From positions 55,443 to 97,737 of the forward strand of contig DAMG01000079.1 in the NCBI GenBank assembly GCA_002497025.1: 42,295 nt of DNA, given 5' to 3'. The notes under the pieces are model-generated. The model saw nothing but the letters and a program-made list of their open reading frames with translations, searched no databases and was not told the origin of the DNA. Of the stretch, positions 25,298 to 33,762 are shown piece after piece (position 1 is the stretch's first letter; every line of letters starts with the position of its first letter). Origin of the DNA: Euryarchaeota archaeon UBA126. Its GTDB lineage: Archaea; Thermoplasmatota; Poseidoniia; Poseidoniales; Thalassarchaeaceae. The position numbers were made by a program, and so were the translations under genes.

Positions 25298-26035
25298 TTA
25301 CCAGTCATCAAGTGACGATTGTACGACAGGTCCTCCCTGTTGCGCTCGTACTGGAACGGGAGTTCCATGCAAATTCTGCCAAATATCAGACACAGTTGCC
25401 CAACTCCATCTCAGAGAGTCATGCGGTTTGCCATTTGAGAGCATCTTCTCTACCGCGGAACGTGTGGTTTTATCCGATGGATACCCGGAACCGATTTCTA
25501 TTCCTGTTCGAGTGGCAATTTCTTCGATTGCTGAATCTCTAGAAACTTTTGCAAGAATTGAGGCCCCTCCAGTAACGAGGTCTTTCGAATCCATACCATG
25601 TTCTGCAATAATTCTCCAAGCCTTCCATTTTTCTCCTAACGATGATTGTAAGCGAATTCTGAATCGATTCTCATTTACATCGCAAGCATCTGCACGAATT
25701 ACACCCGAATCCAAATACAAATCTGTAGCTAAGATCGCCTCTGAAAATAAATCTATTTCTAGACTATTCAAATCCGAGGTTAGACTGTTGATATCTATTC
25801 TCTTCGGGGAACATAATATCAGTCCTGATTTCCATTTACCATCCTCTATGCGCTGATTGATTGCAGTAAAAATACGAAGGCGTTCATTTGGTGAAATATC
25901 CTTTGAATCCCTTACATTCAATTCAGATAAAATTTCAATATCCTCAGCTGGTATTGCTAATGCCGCGACTACCAATGGTCCGATTACAGGTCCCCTACCT
26001 GCCTCGTCTACACCAATCATCCAGTTGCTATCCAC
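25298..26035 (-). CDS. rnhB: Ribonuclease HII
   Basis: IGVDEAGRGPVIGPLVV, RDSK, DACD, ASILAKVSRD, GSGYPSD; C-terminal PIP-box-like QSSLDDW. Confidence 0.96.
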   Translation of the reverse strand: MDSNWMIGVDEAGRGPVIGPLVVAALAIPAEDIEILSELNVRDSKDISPNERLRIFTAINQRIEDGKWKSGLILCSPKRIDINSLTSDLNSLEIDLFSEAILATDLYLDSGVIRADACDVNENRFRIRLQSSLGEKWKAWRIIAEHGMDSKDLVTGGASILAKVSRDSAIEEIATRTGIEIGSGYPSDKTTRSAVEKMLSNGKPHDSLRWSWATVSDIWQNLHGTPVPVRAQQGGPVVQSSLDDW

Positions 26036-26050
26036 GTGGTTCCGGTAGCA

Positions 26051-28873
26051 TCAAGGGTCTTCATTATCACGCAAATCTTTGCCAAGGGAGTTCAATCTTT
26101 CATCGAAGTCATCTAGGTCCAGAACTATGTTATCGGGGTGAATTAGATCACTATCTTGTAATTGCTCTGCCATTTCTATTGCATCTATTATGGCCTCCTC
26201 TGCGTGAGCCTCGTCAAGCAAATCCCCCGCTCCTTGGAGGGTCTCTGACCCAGGAGCTGGTGAAACTTCTCTAGAGTGATCTCCTGATTTATCCATAAAT
26301 TCCTGCTTAAAGGATTCTAAATCGGTTGTTGGGCTCTGGATGAGTTCTGTTTCTTCTTTTTCACTCGCTTCAAATTTAGACATCCAGTCTCCAACTTCTT
26401 CAACCACCACCACCTCTGGGTTTTTGCTTCTGTAAAACTCTCTGTCGGCTTCGATTCTGTGTCGTACTGCAAAGGCTACCGCGACGGCCCCAACAATACT
26501 AACAATTACGATTAGAATGGTTTGTAACCATCGCTGCATAAAATCGCTGAAAATATTAGGCTCATCCGAGCCAATAGGTTCGCTTGGCTGGGCGCCATTA
26601 ATTTGAGTAGAGTGTTCTACAGTGTGTTGAACTGATGGATCTCGGAAGGAGCGAATCTCGACAGTTAGAATTGCATTTGAGGCAATTGGTACTTCTTCAG
26701 GTACATTCATCCAAACTTCGAATAATAGCGTTCCATTGATTGGGACATTAAGTTCCTCAAATGACCTAACTTGATTTGTTCCGGAACTCAGTTCATCCGG
26801 AGGGACGACTCCAAAATCTGTAAAATCTGTACACTCTACACTTACAACTAGGCCGTCAGGACTATTCCCGATATTCTTTACTTCCCAATATCCGGTCAAT
26901 TTTCCATCGATTACCTCAGCATCAGAGCGAATAATATCCCACGCATGAACGGCCGCAATTGATACATCAAAACTAACCTCTGCTGGAACCCAACCATCAA
27001 CCTCCAATTCTATTGTGACTTCTCCAATCAGTCCCGCCTCTAGTCCAATTGCCGTCCAGGCAGATACATCGATTCCGTGGACTGTTTGACCGGGCCCTAA
27101 ATATCGAGTATATTCTGTAATGTTTACAACTAACCAATCTGGTTTTTCAGTTACGCTTAGGTTGAACAGGTAAGCTGCATCTCCCGTATTTTCGATAAAT
27201 AATTCCACTAAACAGGTATCTCCCGGTTTTACCTCAAACATACAGTCGACATTTGTCAAACCTAGGTCTCCGCCCGATCTAGGAACTATGCTAATCGTCT
27301 GGTTTAGCCTTTGAATTTCTTCTACACCATCTGCCCAAAATTGAACCATCATGTCCAGTTTTCCAGATGTTAATATTGGAGATTGTACTTGCATGCGAAC
27401 GGTAGTAGTTTCGCCAGGATTCATATCTTCCAAACCGATTCGGTCGTAGATTATTGCAGTCCACCCTTGATGGGCGAAAGATAGCCCCGGAGTTTCGATT
27501 GGTGTTCCATTTTCGTAAACTGGTGCGATATTTATCCCAAGCGAATTAATCGAATTACCGATATTCTGCAAAACGAATTCTAGGTCAACAACACCTCCTG
27601 GATCAATTGAAGCGGTACCACCTCCTTCGATTACTTGCATTCCCTTCCATTCACCATAACGAAGTGAAAAATTCCACCAATCTTGATTACCAGTATGGTC
27701 TCCTATCAAGGTCACACTAAACTCATGAATTGAATCTGCAAGAGGGTAACCGAAGGAAACCTCCGGTGCAACCACCGTAAATTCTACCCACTGGACAACA
27801 TCGCTTGGAGCATCAAAAGAGTGTCCTACCTCTGGGCTTGTTGGATAATCCCATGACACCTCCCAACCAGCAGGGCTAGTAATTTCAATCAGCGCGGTAG
27901 TATTGACTTCTGCTTGGTTTGTAAAATTAGCCGCTACCCCTATTGTTAGACCAGGCTCAATGTTGAAGATTGAACCTGAATTCACACCAAATTCTACCCC
28001 TAAATCTTCCAATTGCCAAGGGTAAGTTAATCCTGATGTGTTGAATACTGTGTGGTCAGCCCATTGTTGCAATTCTAATGTTCTTGAAGCGTTTATTCCA
28101 CCTGTGCTTGGCAGGCCAACCGTAGATTCTCCGGTAACCGAAGTATGTATGACACAGGCGGCTAAATACGTCCCTTGTATTGAAGGATGACTGCCATCAG
28201 CAGCGTATAAGTCTGAGAAAATAGTTCCATCTTCAGTAGCATTAGAAATGGAGAAAAATATATTCTCAAATGCCATACCAACTGGGGCAATAAAGACAGT
28301 TCTTCGGTCAGAGGATAGGTTTTCAGCATAAGCAAGATAACCAGTTTCTAGGTACTGTTGCATTGTTTCATAGTCAGGATATCTCCAACTATTACTCTCA
28401 TCACCATTTCTATACCCCCAAGTCATCAGAAAGAAGGTATCTCCTCCATTGTCGTCTACCAAATCATCGATAATTCTGGCACCTTCCATACTATCTTGCC
28501 AGTAGGATGAACTTGTTGGGAAACCTGGAACTTGACTTTGGTCTTGCAATATCACATAATCGTGAGGGTTTCGTAATGAGGTGAACCATTCAGAGCCTTC
28601 AGTCTCAGCTTGCTCCCCATGCCAAGCAAGAGTCTTCCCTCCGCTTGTCAAGGCTTGTACTTCGGGAGTAAATCCACTAGCGCTAAGTAAATTCTCAACC
28701 CTGACATTCAATTGGTTGTTAGATGTGTATGAATTTCCAACAAATAATAGGTCAAAAGTCGAGTCATTTGATACTGATTCGGAAGGGTTGGGGTCCTCGT
28801 TTAGCTGGCTCGGCGCTGCAGATACAATCAGCAAGGCAAGAATCACTGTCATGGCCAATGCCCTGCCTCGCAT
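26051..28873 (-). CDS. Membrane-anchored SGNH/GDSL-like hydrolase with Ig-like stalk
   Basis: Signal peptide; LFVGNSYT, SGGKTL, VILQDQS, DGSHP blocks; repeated N.GN Ig-like modules; TM ILIVIVSIVGAVAVAFAV; acidic tail. Confidence 0.8.
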   Translation of the reverse strand: MRGRALAMTVILALLIVSAAPSQLNEDPNPSESVSNDSTFDLLFVGNSYTSNNQLNVRVENLLSASGFTPEVQALTSGGKTLAWHGEQAETEGSEWFTSLRNPHDYVILQDQSQVPGFPTSSSYWQDSMEGARIIDDLVDDNGGDTFFLMTWGYRNGDESNSWRYPDYETMQQYLETGYLAYAENLSSDRRTVFIAPVGMAFENIFFSISNATEDGTIFSDLYAADGSHPSIQGTYLAACVIHTSVTGESTVGLPSTGGINASRTLELQQWADHTVFNTSGLTYPWQLEDLGVEFGVNSGSIFNIEPGLTIGVAANFTNQAEVNTTALIEITSPAGWEVSWDYPTSPEVGHSFDAPSDVVQWVEFTVVAPEVSFGYPLADSIHEFSVTLIGDHTGNQDWWNFSLRYGEWKGMQVIEGGGTASIDPGGVVDLEFVLQNIGNSINSLGINIAPVYENGTPIETPGLSFAHQGWTAIIYDRIGLEDMNPGETTTVRMQVQSPILTSGKLDMMVQFWADGVEEIQRLNQTISIVPRSGGDLGLTNVDCMFEVKPGDTCLVELFIENTGDAAYLFNLSVTEKPDWLVVNITEYTRYLGPGQTVHGIDVSAWTAIGLEAGLIGEVTIELEVDGWVPAEVSFDVSIAAVHAWDIIRSDAEVIDGKLTGYWEVKNIGNSPDGLVVSVECTDFTDFGVVPPDELSSGTNQVRSFEELNVPINGTLLFEVWMNVPEEVPIASNAILTVEIRSFRDPSVQHTVEHSTQINGAQPSEPIGSDEPNIFSDFMQRWLQTILIVIVSIVGAVAVAFAVRHRIEADREFYRSKNPEVVVVEEVGDWMSKFEASEKEETELIQSPTTDLESFKQEFMDKSGDHSREVSPAPGSETLQGAGDLLDEAHAEEAIIDAIEMAEQLQDSDLIHPDNIVLDLDDFDERLNSLGKDLRDNEDP

Positions 28874-28967
28874 GGGAGACGCTCATCGTTCTCGGCTTTG
28901 ATTTATGCCCCTTCTTGATGAATCGCCTAAACGAAGTAACTATGGTCTGAGGTGCTGTTTGCAGAAC

Positions 28968-29153
28968 ATGGCATCAAAGTGGCCATTCGGTAAGAAAAAC
29001 GCCCCCGCCGAACCAAAGCCCGACGCAAAGAAGGCTGAGGTAGTTGAGTACGAGAGAAAGTCTGAGGATAAACAGAAGGAATTGATTGAAGATAAAAGCC
29101 ATCTGAAAGACAAATCTTTCCTTGATGCGATGGCGCTTTTGGACGATGATTGA
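28968..29153 (+). CDS. Small charged hypothetical protein (61 aa)
   Basis: MASKWPFGKK...FLDAMALLDDD fills the gap between divergent and convergent neighbours. Confidence 0.55.
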   Translation: MASKWPFGKKNAPAEPKPDAKKAEVVEYERKSEDKQKELIEDKSHLKDKSFLDAMALLDDD

Positions 29154-29163
29154 AATTGAAGAC

Positions 29164-30918
29164 TCATAGTACTGGGTCAGGGATTAGGCGGCCTAGCGCA
29201 TCGACGTCGAATTCTCCTGCTTGAATTGGAACCCGAAGGCCAAATTCAGAAGCCACAACTGGGTCTATTTCTCCAATTTGTCCGACTTCCTCGCCAGATA
29301 CCAAGATCTTAGCACCTCTACCAGGCAACCAGGGCCCTTCATCCAAGGTGGTTGCCTCCCACAAGACATCCTCTAGATTTGCGCCAATATCTCTCAAGAA
29401 TGCTTGTGCAAATCCTTTAGCCGCTGAGAAACCACCCCCAACTTCGGCACAAGCCCAAGCCGCTCTTGTCCCATTATGAGATTCCAAAACAACGGTTCCA
29501 ATTTCGTAAACTCGTTGTGGTAATTCGTGATGACGGTTTGCCGCTAATAGTTGTAATAAACTTGGGAGTATTCTCTGTCTCATCATTGTGTGATCTATGG
29601 TTATGGGATTTGCTAATTCTGTAGTCGCTGCTAATTTATTCCACCGTGTATTGACAAATTGTACACGTTCGTTGGATAATGTGAGGCTTTGAGTTTCTTG
29701 CAAATTCAATGAACGTAAACTTTCTCGAACTCTTCTGTGTAAATGTGCAGATGGTAAAGGAATCGCGTCTAAGTGTACTGAAGATAGAATGTTAGGCATA
29801 TTTTCGTATCCATAACCGATAGCGATATCCTCGACAATATCAATTGGATGCATTATATCAGATCGCCACCTAGGCATTTCGATTACGTGTTCGCGTTCAC
29901 CCACCTCTAGGTCTGCCCAACGTTCGGCTTTGTTGACGCCATCCGTAACTGCACGAGAAGTTACTAAATTGCCCCCCATTCTTTGAATCGCTGTCGCGAT
30001 ATCTTCACTTTCCAGAGTAAGACCGAGGATTCTGTTAATTAATCGGTCAGAAACTCTGTGTTCTTTCGATTCCATATTTGGAGTCATTCGTACCTGCCCA
30101 TCACACCCAGTAACCTGTACTTGTTCTATTGTTCCACCGCGCTCGGCTAAGGCAAGACATACTAGCAATAAACAGGCTTCGACAGCCCTTTCTTCCCAGC
30201 CTGTAACATCGATGAAGAAATCAGTAGTAGATTCGCTAACGGTGGTATGTTCTCCATTAATTATTGGAGGGAAAGATAAGATTTCATCATTCGAATCCAA
30301 TATTACAGGGTAAACTTCTAGATCTTCCATTAAATGAGCATATTCTATTCCCTTTGTGTGTTCACTAAGAATATTATCGATTGACATTTTTTCATCCGTC
30401 GCTAGTGGTACAAATGAGTGTGATCCAGGTACGGTGACCACTCTGAAAGGTGGACTCAAAGTCGATAAATCATGGACGCCAATGGAAGAGAATTTCCTTC
30501 TTCTCCCAAGGCTAAGATGCAATTTTTCTTGATGATCCATCAATGATTGTATGAATTGGTCTTTTTCATCAGCGGTGTTTCCATTATTCACTCCTCTAAC
30601 AATTGCAGCCATGATTATTGGTCGAACGGATTCCAGACTAGAATCAACGTCCAATCTAATGCCGCTATCTTTAGTTTCAATAGTTGGTTGTTGAATATCT
30701 CCTTCTAAGAAAGCCCTCGCGGCCCTTGCCATAGTTTCATGACTCAGGAGATCGGGTCGATCTGGAAAAACCTCAATTTCTATTGATTCTTCATTACTGC
30801 CCTCTACCACACATCCGATTTGAGATAATCTTTCTAGCCAATCATCTGCATCGTACTCCGCTCCATTTTCTGCTTGTATAGAGCGAAGTAAAGAATGACT
30901 CAAGGTGATAGTTGGCAG
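29164..30918 (-). CDS. pheT: Phenylalanyl-tRNA synthetase beta subunit (probable CTG start)
   Basis: PDRPDLLS, QEKLH, IGVHD, LSFPPIING, RWRSDIMHPIDIVEDIAIGYGY, NPITIDHTMMR, GEIDP. Extending 5 codons to a CTG gives MPTITL with SD GAGGTG. Confidence 0.95.
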   Translation of the reverse strand: MPTITLSHSLLRSIQAENGAEYDADDWLERLSQIGCVVEGSNEESIEIEVFPDRPDLLSHETMARAARAFLEGDIQQPTIETKDSGIRLDVDSSLESVRPIIMAAIVRGVNNGNTADEKDQFIQSLMDHQEKLHLSLGRRRKFSSIGVHDLSTLSPPFRVVTVPGSHSFVPLATDEKMSIDNILSEHTKGIEYAHLMEDLEVYPVILDSNDEILSFPPIINGEHTTVSESTTDFFIDVTGWEERAVEACLLLVCLALAERGGTIEQVQVTGCDGQVRMTPNMESKEHRVSDRLINRILGLTLESEDIATAIQRMGGNLVTSRAVTDGVNKAERWADLEVGEREHVIEMPRWRSDIMHPIDIVEDIAIGYGYENMPNILSSVHLDAIPLPSAHLHRRVRESLRSLNLQETQSLTLSNERVQFVNTRWNKLAATTELANPITIDHTMMRQRILPSLLQLLAANRHHELPQRVYEIGTVVLESHNGTRAAWACAEVGGGFSAAKGFAQAFLRDIGANLEDVLWEATTLDEGPWLPGRGAKILVSGEEVGQIGEIDPVVASEFGLRVPIQAGEFDVDALGRLIPDPVL

Positions 30919-30927
30919 AATAACACC

Positions 30928-32469
30928 TCAGTTTCTCAACCACATAGGAAGCGGTCTGTCGTATCCTATTAATCGTAGACCAGATATTGCTGCAGTATCA
31001 TGATCAAGAGCACGCAGGTTCCGTCTTGTTAATTCGGACAGATTATTTATTCCCAATTCTAACATCCAACCTCTTAATGTCCCGTCGATCCAAGTCAACG
31101 CCGTTTCAACATCATCATTTGGAGGGGGTGCTATAATAGCAGAACAACCTGCTCCAACTGCGATTAGGAGGTCTTCTGCAGAAGGAGCTTCGTTTATCTG
31201 AAGTAAAATCTTCCTTCCTTGTTTTGGTAAATTCATGGCTTGTGCAACGAGTCCAATTCTAGGCAATGCTGCTGCGGCCCTAGATCCACCGGACGAAGCA
31301 ACATCAACTAGTGCACCATCAAGGTCTAGATCCACAACTAGACGGAAGAGATGCTCAACTCTGGAAATACTATCTTTAAGAAAAACAAGAGAATCATCCT
31401 TCATCCTACTATAGAGAGAAACCAACAACGCTTCAATTTCCGCATCGTTAATCGCGGGCATCTTCGTTAAATCAAGAACCATTCCGGAACAATTTTGAAT
31501 GATTCCTGCAGTCTCAAGGAGGTTTTCTTCTGTGATTAACATCAGGTCGTTAAGCCTAGGTTTAGAGGTTACTAGACCTGGTTGATTTGTAGTATAGTCC
31601 CCCTCCATCCCGGTCATACTTTCCGATTGAATTATCCAAGGAAGAGGAATAATCGTAGCATTTTCTTCTTGACCAACAGGATGTATTGGTGAACTAGTAT
31701 CGATTTGGGAATGGGAAGGTAGCCTATCTTTTGCCGATGGCACTAGTGTGATACCTTCGAAACCCTCGGTAATCGAGGTCTCGGGTAATTCGGCTTGTGG
31801 AGGTCCATCTTCACTTGGCACAATAACCAAAGCGTCAGAATCAATATACAACCCAAGGGGTTCAAGATGTTCAGCCAATTCTTCCACTTCGCTAGATTCA
31901 ATCGATCTCATCGTAGCTCCTTCACCTGGAGGGGGGCAAGATCCTGAGATAATTACGCGTCCACCAACCATCCCTCTTCCGGGGTCGTTTCCGGTGTTTC
32001 CAAGCACAACAACTGTGCCTCCATTCATGGCCGCTCCGGTAGCTAATCCGGCATGGCCACGGACTATTACGAATCCTCCTTTCATCTCAGCTGCCGTTTC
32101 GTCTCCTACAGATCCTTGGACGATAATCTCCCCGCCAGTCATTCTATGACCAACACGATCTCCTGCATCTTTTTCGATAGTAATTCTACCAGATTTTTGA
32201 AAGGCACCTAACATTGAACTACAACCGCCTTGAAGAGTGAAGGTTCCACCATTATTCATCGCACCTGCACATTCTCCCAAATCACCTAGTAGCAAAACTC
32301 TGGATTTTTCAGGTAGATGAGTGATGACCCCAATTTCTCCATTCTTTGGTTTCTCGTCCCCTTGCTTACCCCAACCTATGCGTACTAACAAGTCTCTTTG
32401 GAGTGCTTGTTCTAACATTTTGTCGAGGTCTCTGTTTAGTTTGACACTCTTCGCGGTGATGTCGCGCAT
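30928..32469 (-). CDS. Glutamate synthase-related protein: GXGXG (GltB domain 3/FwdC-like) beta-helix fused to a degenerate FMN-binding-domain C-terminus
   Basis: Repeats AGAMNNGG, VGHRMTGGEIIVQG, AEMKGGFVIVRG, GAAMNGGTVVVLG, GRGMVGGRVII; C-terminal AEDLLIAVGAG and LGINNLSELTRRNLRALD..AAISGLRLIG. ATG 32469 follows GGAGA. Confidence 0.7.
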   Translation of the reverse strand: MRDITAKSVKLNRDLDKMLEQALQRDLLVRIGWGKQGDEKPKNGEIGVITHLPEKSRVLLLGDLGECAGAMNNGGTFTLQGGCSSMLGAFQKSGRITIEKDAGDRVGHRMTGGEIIVQGSVGDETAAEMKGGFVIVRGHAGLATGAAMNGGTVVVLGNTGNDPGRGMVGGRVIISGSCPPPGEGATMRSIESSEVEELAEHLEPLGLYIDSDALVIVPSEDGPPQAELPETSITEGFEGITLVPSAKDRLPSHSQIDTSSPIHPVGQEENATIIPLPWIIQSESMTGMEGDYTTNQPGLVTSKPRLNDLMLITEENLLETAGIIQNCSGMVLDLTKMPAINDAEIEALLVSLYSRMKDDSLVFLKDSISRVEHLFRLVVDLDLDGALVDVASSGGSRAAAALPRIGLVAQAMNLPKQGRKILLQINEAPSAEDLLIAVGAGCSAIIAPPPNDDVETALTWIDGTLRGWMLELGINNLSELTRRNLRALDHDTAAISGLRLIGYDRPLPMWLRN

Positions 32470-32636
32470 GTTATCTCCAAACACCTACGGAGTGGATACA
32501 GTCTTCATTCTGACGGGTGATTAGATACCGATTATTGCAATTATCCTGATTATATTCCGACTCACTCTACAAGAGTATTATTGATAGAGGTTCGATTACG
32601 CCATCAATTTGCCCAAAGGGCGCATGGGGCTAAACC

Positions 32637-33677
32637 ATGAAATCAATAAAAGTCGCAATTAACGGATTTGGAACAATCGGAAAACGAGTCGCTGATGCAG
32701 TGGATGCGCAGGATGACATGGAAATAATTGGGGTGACCAAGACGGGTCCGTCCTTTGGCTGTGATTTAGCTGTGAAAAAGGGATTTCCGCTTTATTGTAC
32801 ATTTGATGATGCTGAAAGAATAGCGGCATTTTCCGAACAAGGATATCAATGCAAAGGCGGTCTTTCTGATCTTTTATCAGTGGCTGATGTCGTCATCGAC
32901 TGTGCTCCTGGAAAGATGGGTGCCGGGAATATTGCAAAATACAAAGCGGCTGGAGTCAAACATATTTTCCAAGGTGGAGAGAAGCATGACCTCACAGGTC
33001 TCTCATATACATCATGTGCAAACCACGATGCAAATCTGAATGCAGATGGTACGAGAGTGGTATCTTGCAATACAACAGGTCTTTCCCGAACCTTGGTGCC
33101 TCTTTACGAACACTGCGGCTCGCTAAAGGTGGAGTGCACCATGATACGACGTGCAGCTGACCCCGGTGATTCAAAGAAAGGTCCAATCAATGCCATCAAA
33201 CCTGTCCTAAAGGTTCCAAGTCATCACGGCCCCGATGTTATGACCGTAAAGCCAGAAATTGAAATTAATTCACTAGCGGTTGCTGTCCCAACCACAATAA
33301 TGCATGTTCATTCAATTATAGCGGATTTACCGGAAGGGCATGGATTGACTACAGAATCAATTATCGAAATGTGGAAAGAACAACCTCGAGTAATTGTAAT
33401 GCATGGAGAGGAAAATAGAATCACTACAACCGCTGAGGTAATGGAAATGGCTCGCGACATCGGGAGAAAGTGGGGCGATTTACATGAAATATTTGTCTGG
33501 GAAGACGGAGTCAAATTAGTCGAAAACCGTCTATACTATTTCCAAGCAATACATCAGGAAAGTGATGTAATTCCGGAGAATATCGATTGTATCCGTGCAC
33601 TTATGGGGGCTGAATCCGATTGGAAAATTTCGGTTGCAAAAACCGATGCTGCAATCGACGCCTATTACGGTCTTTGA
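32637..33677 (+). CDS. gap: Glyceraldehyde-3-phosphate dehydrogenase, archaeal type II
   Basis: VAINGFGTIGKRVADAV, FQGGEK, RVVSCNTTGL, RRAADP, PSHHGPDV, HQESDVIPENID. Confidence 0.96.
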   Translation: MKSIKVAINGFGTIGKRVADAVDAQDDMEIIGVTKTGPSFGCDLAVKKGFPLYCTFDDAERIAAFSEQGYQCKGGLSDLLSVADVVIDCAPGKMGAGNIAKYKAAGVKHIFQGGEKHDLTGLSYTSCANHDANLNADGTRVVSCNTTGLSRTLVPLYEHCGSLKVECTMIRRAADPGDSKKGPINAIKPVLKVPSHHGPDVMTVKPEIEINSLAVAVPTTIMHVHSIIADLPEGHGLTTESIIEMWKEQPRVIVMHGEENRITTTAEVMEMARDIGRKWGDLHEIFVWEDGVKLVENRLYYFQAIHQESDVIPENIDCIRALMGAESDWKISVAKTDAAIDAYYGL

Positions 33678-33701
33678 TTGTATTTTTTTAGTATTTTTTT
33701 T
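33678..33701 (+). terminator. Archaeal oligo-T terminator after gap
   Basis: Two T-runs (T7 and T8) directly after the stop codon. Confidence 0.6.
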
Positions 33702-33704
33702 GAC

Positions 33705-33719
33705 TTGACCATAGGTCAA
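33705..33719. promoter_or_regulatory. Inverted repeat TTGACC-ATA-GGTCAA upstream of the S8 protease (candidate operator)
   Basis: Perfect 6-3-6 palindrome, with an extra GGTCAA half-site at 33731-33736. Confidence 0.4.
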
Positions 33720-33762
33720 TCAACATGAACGGTCAAAAGCCCTTCAATTCTCCGAATAACTC

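Noticed and set aside
25191..25856. 221-aa plus-strand ORF, and the other short antisense ORFs throughout the window
   Set aside because: Shadow frames opposite well-supported genes such as rnhB and gltX; no motifs
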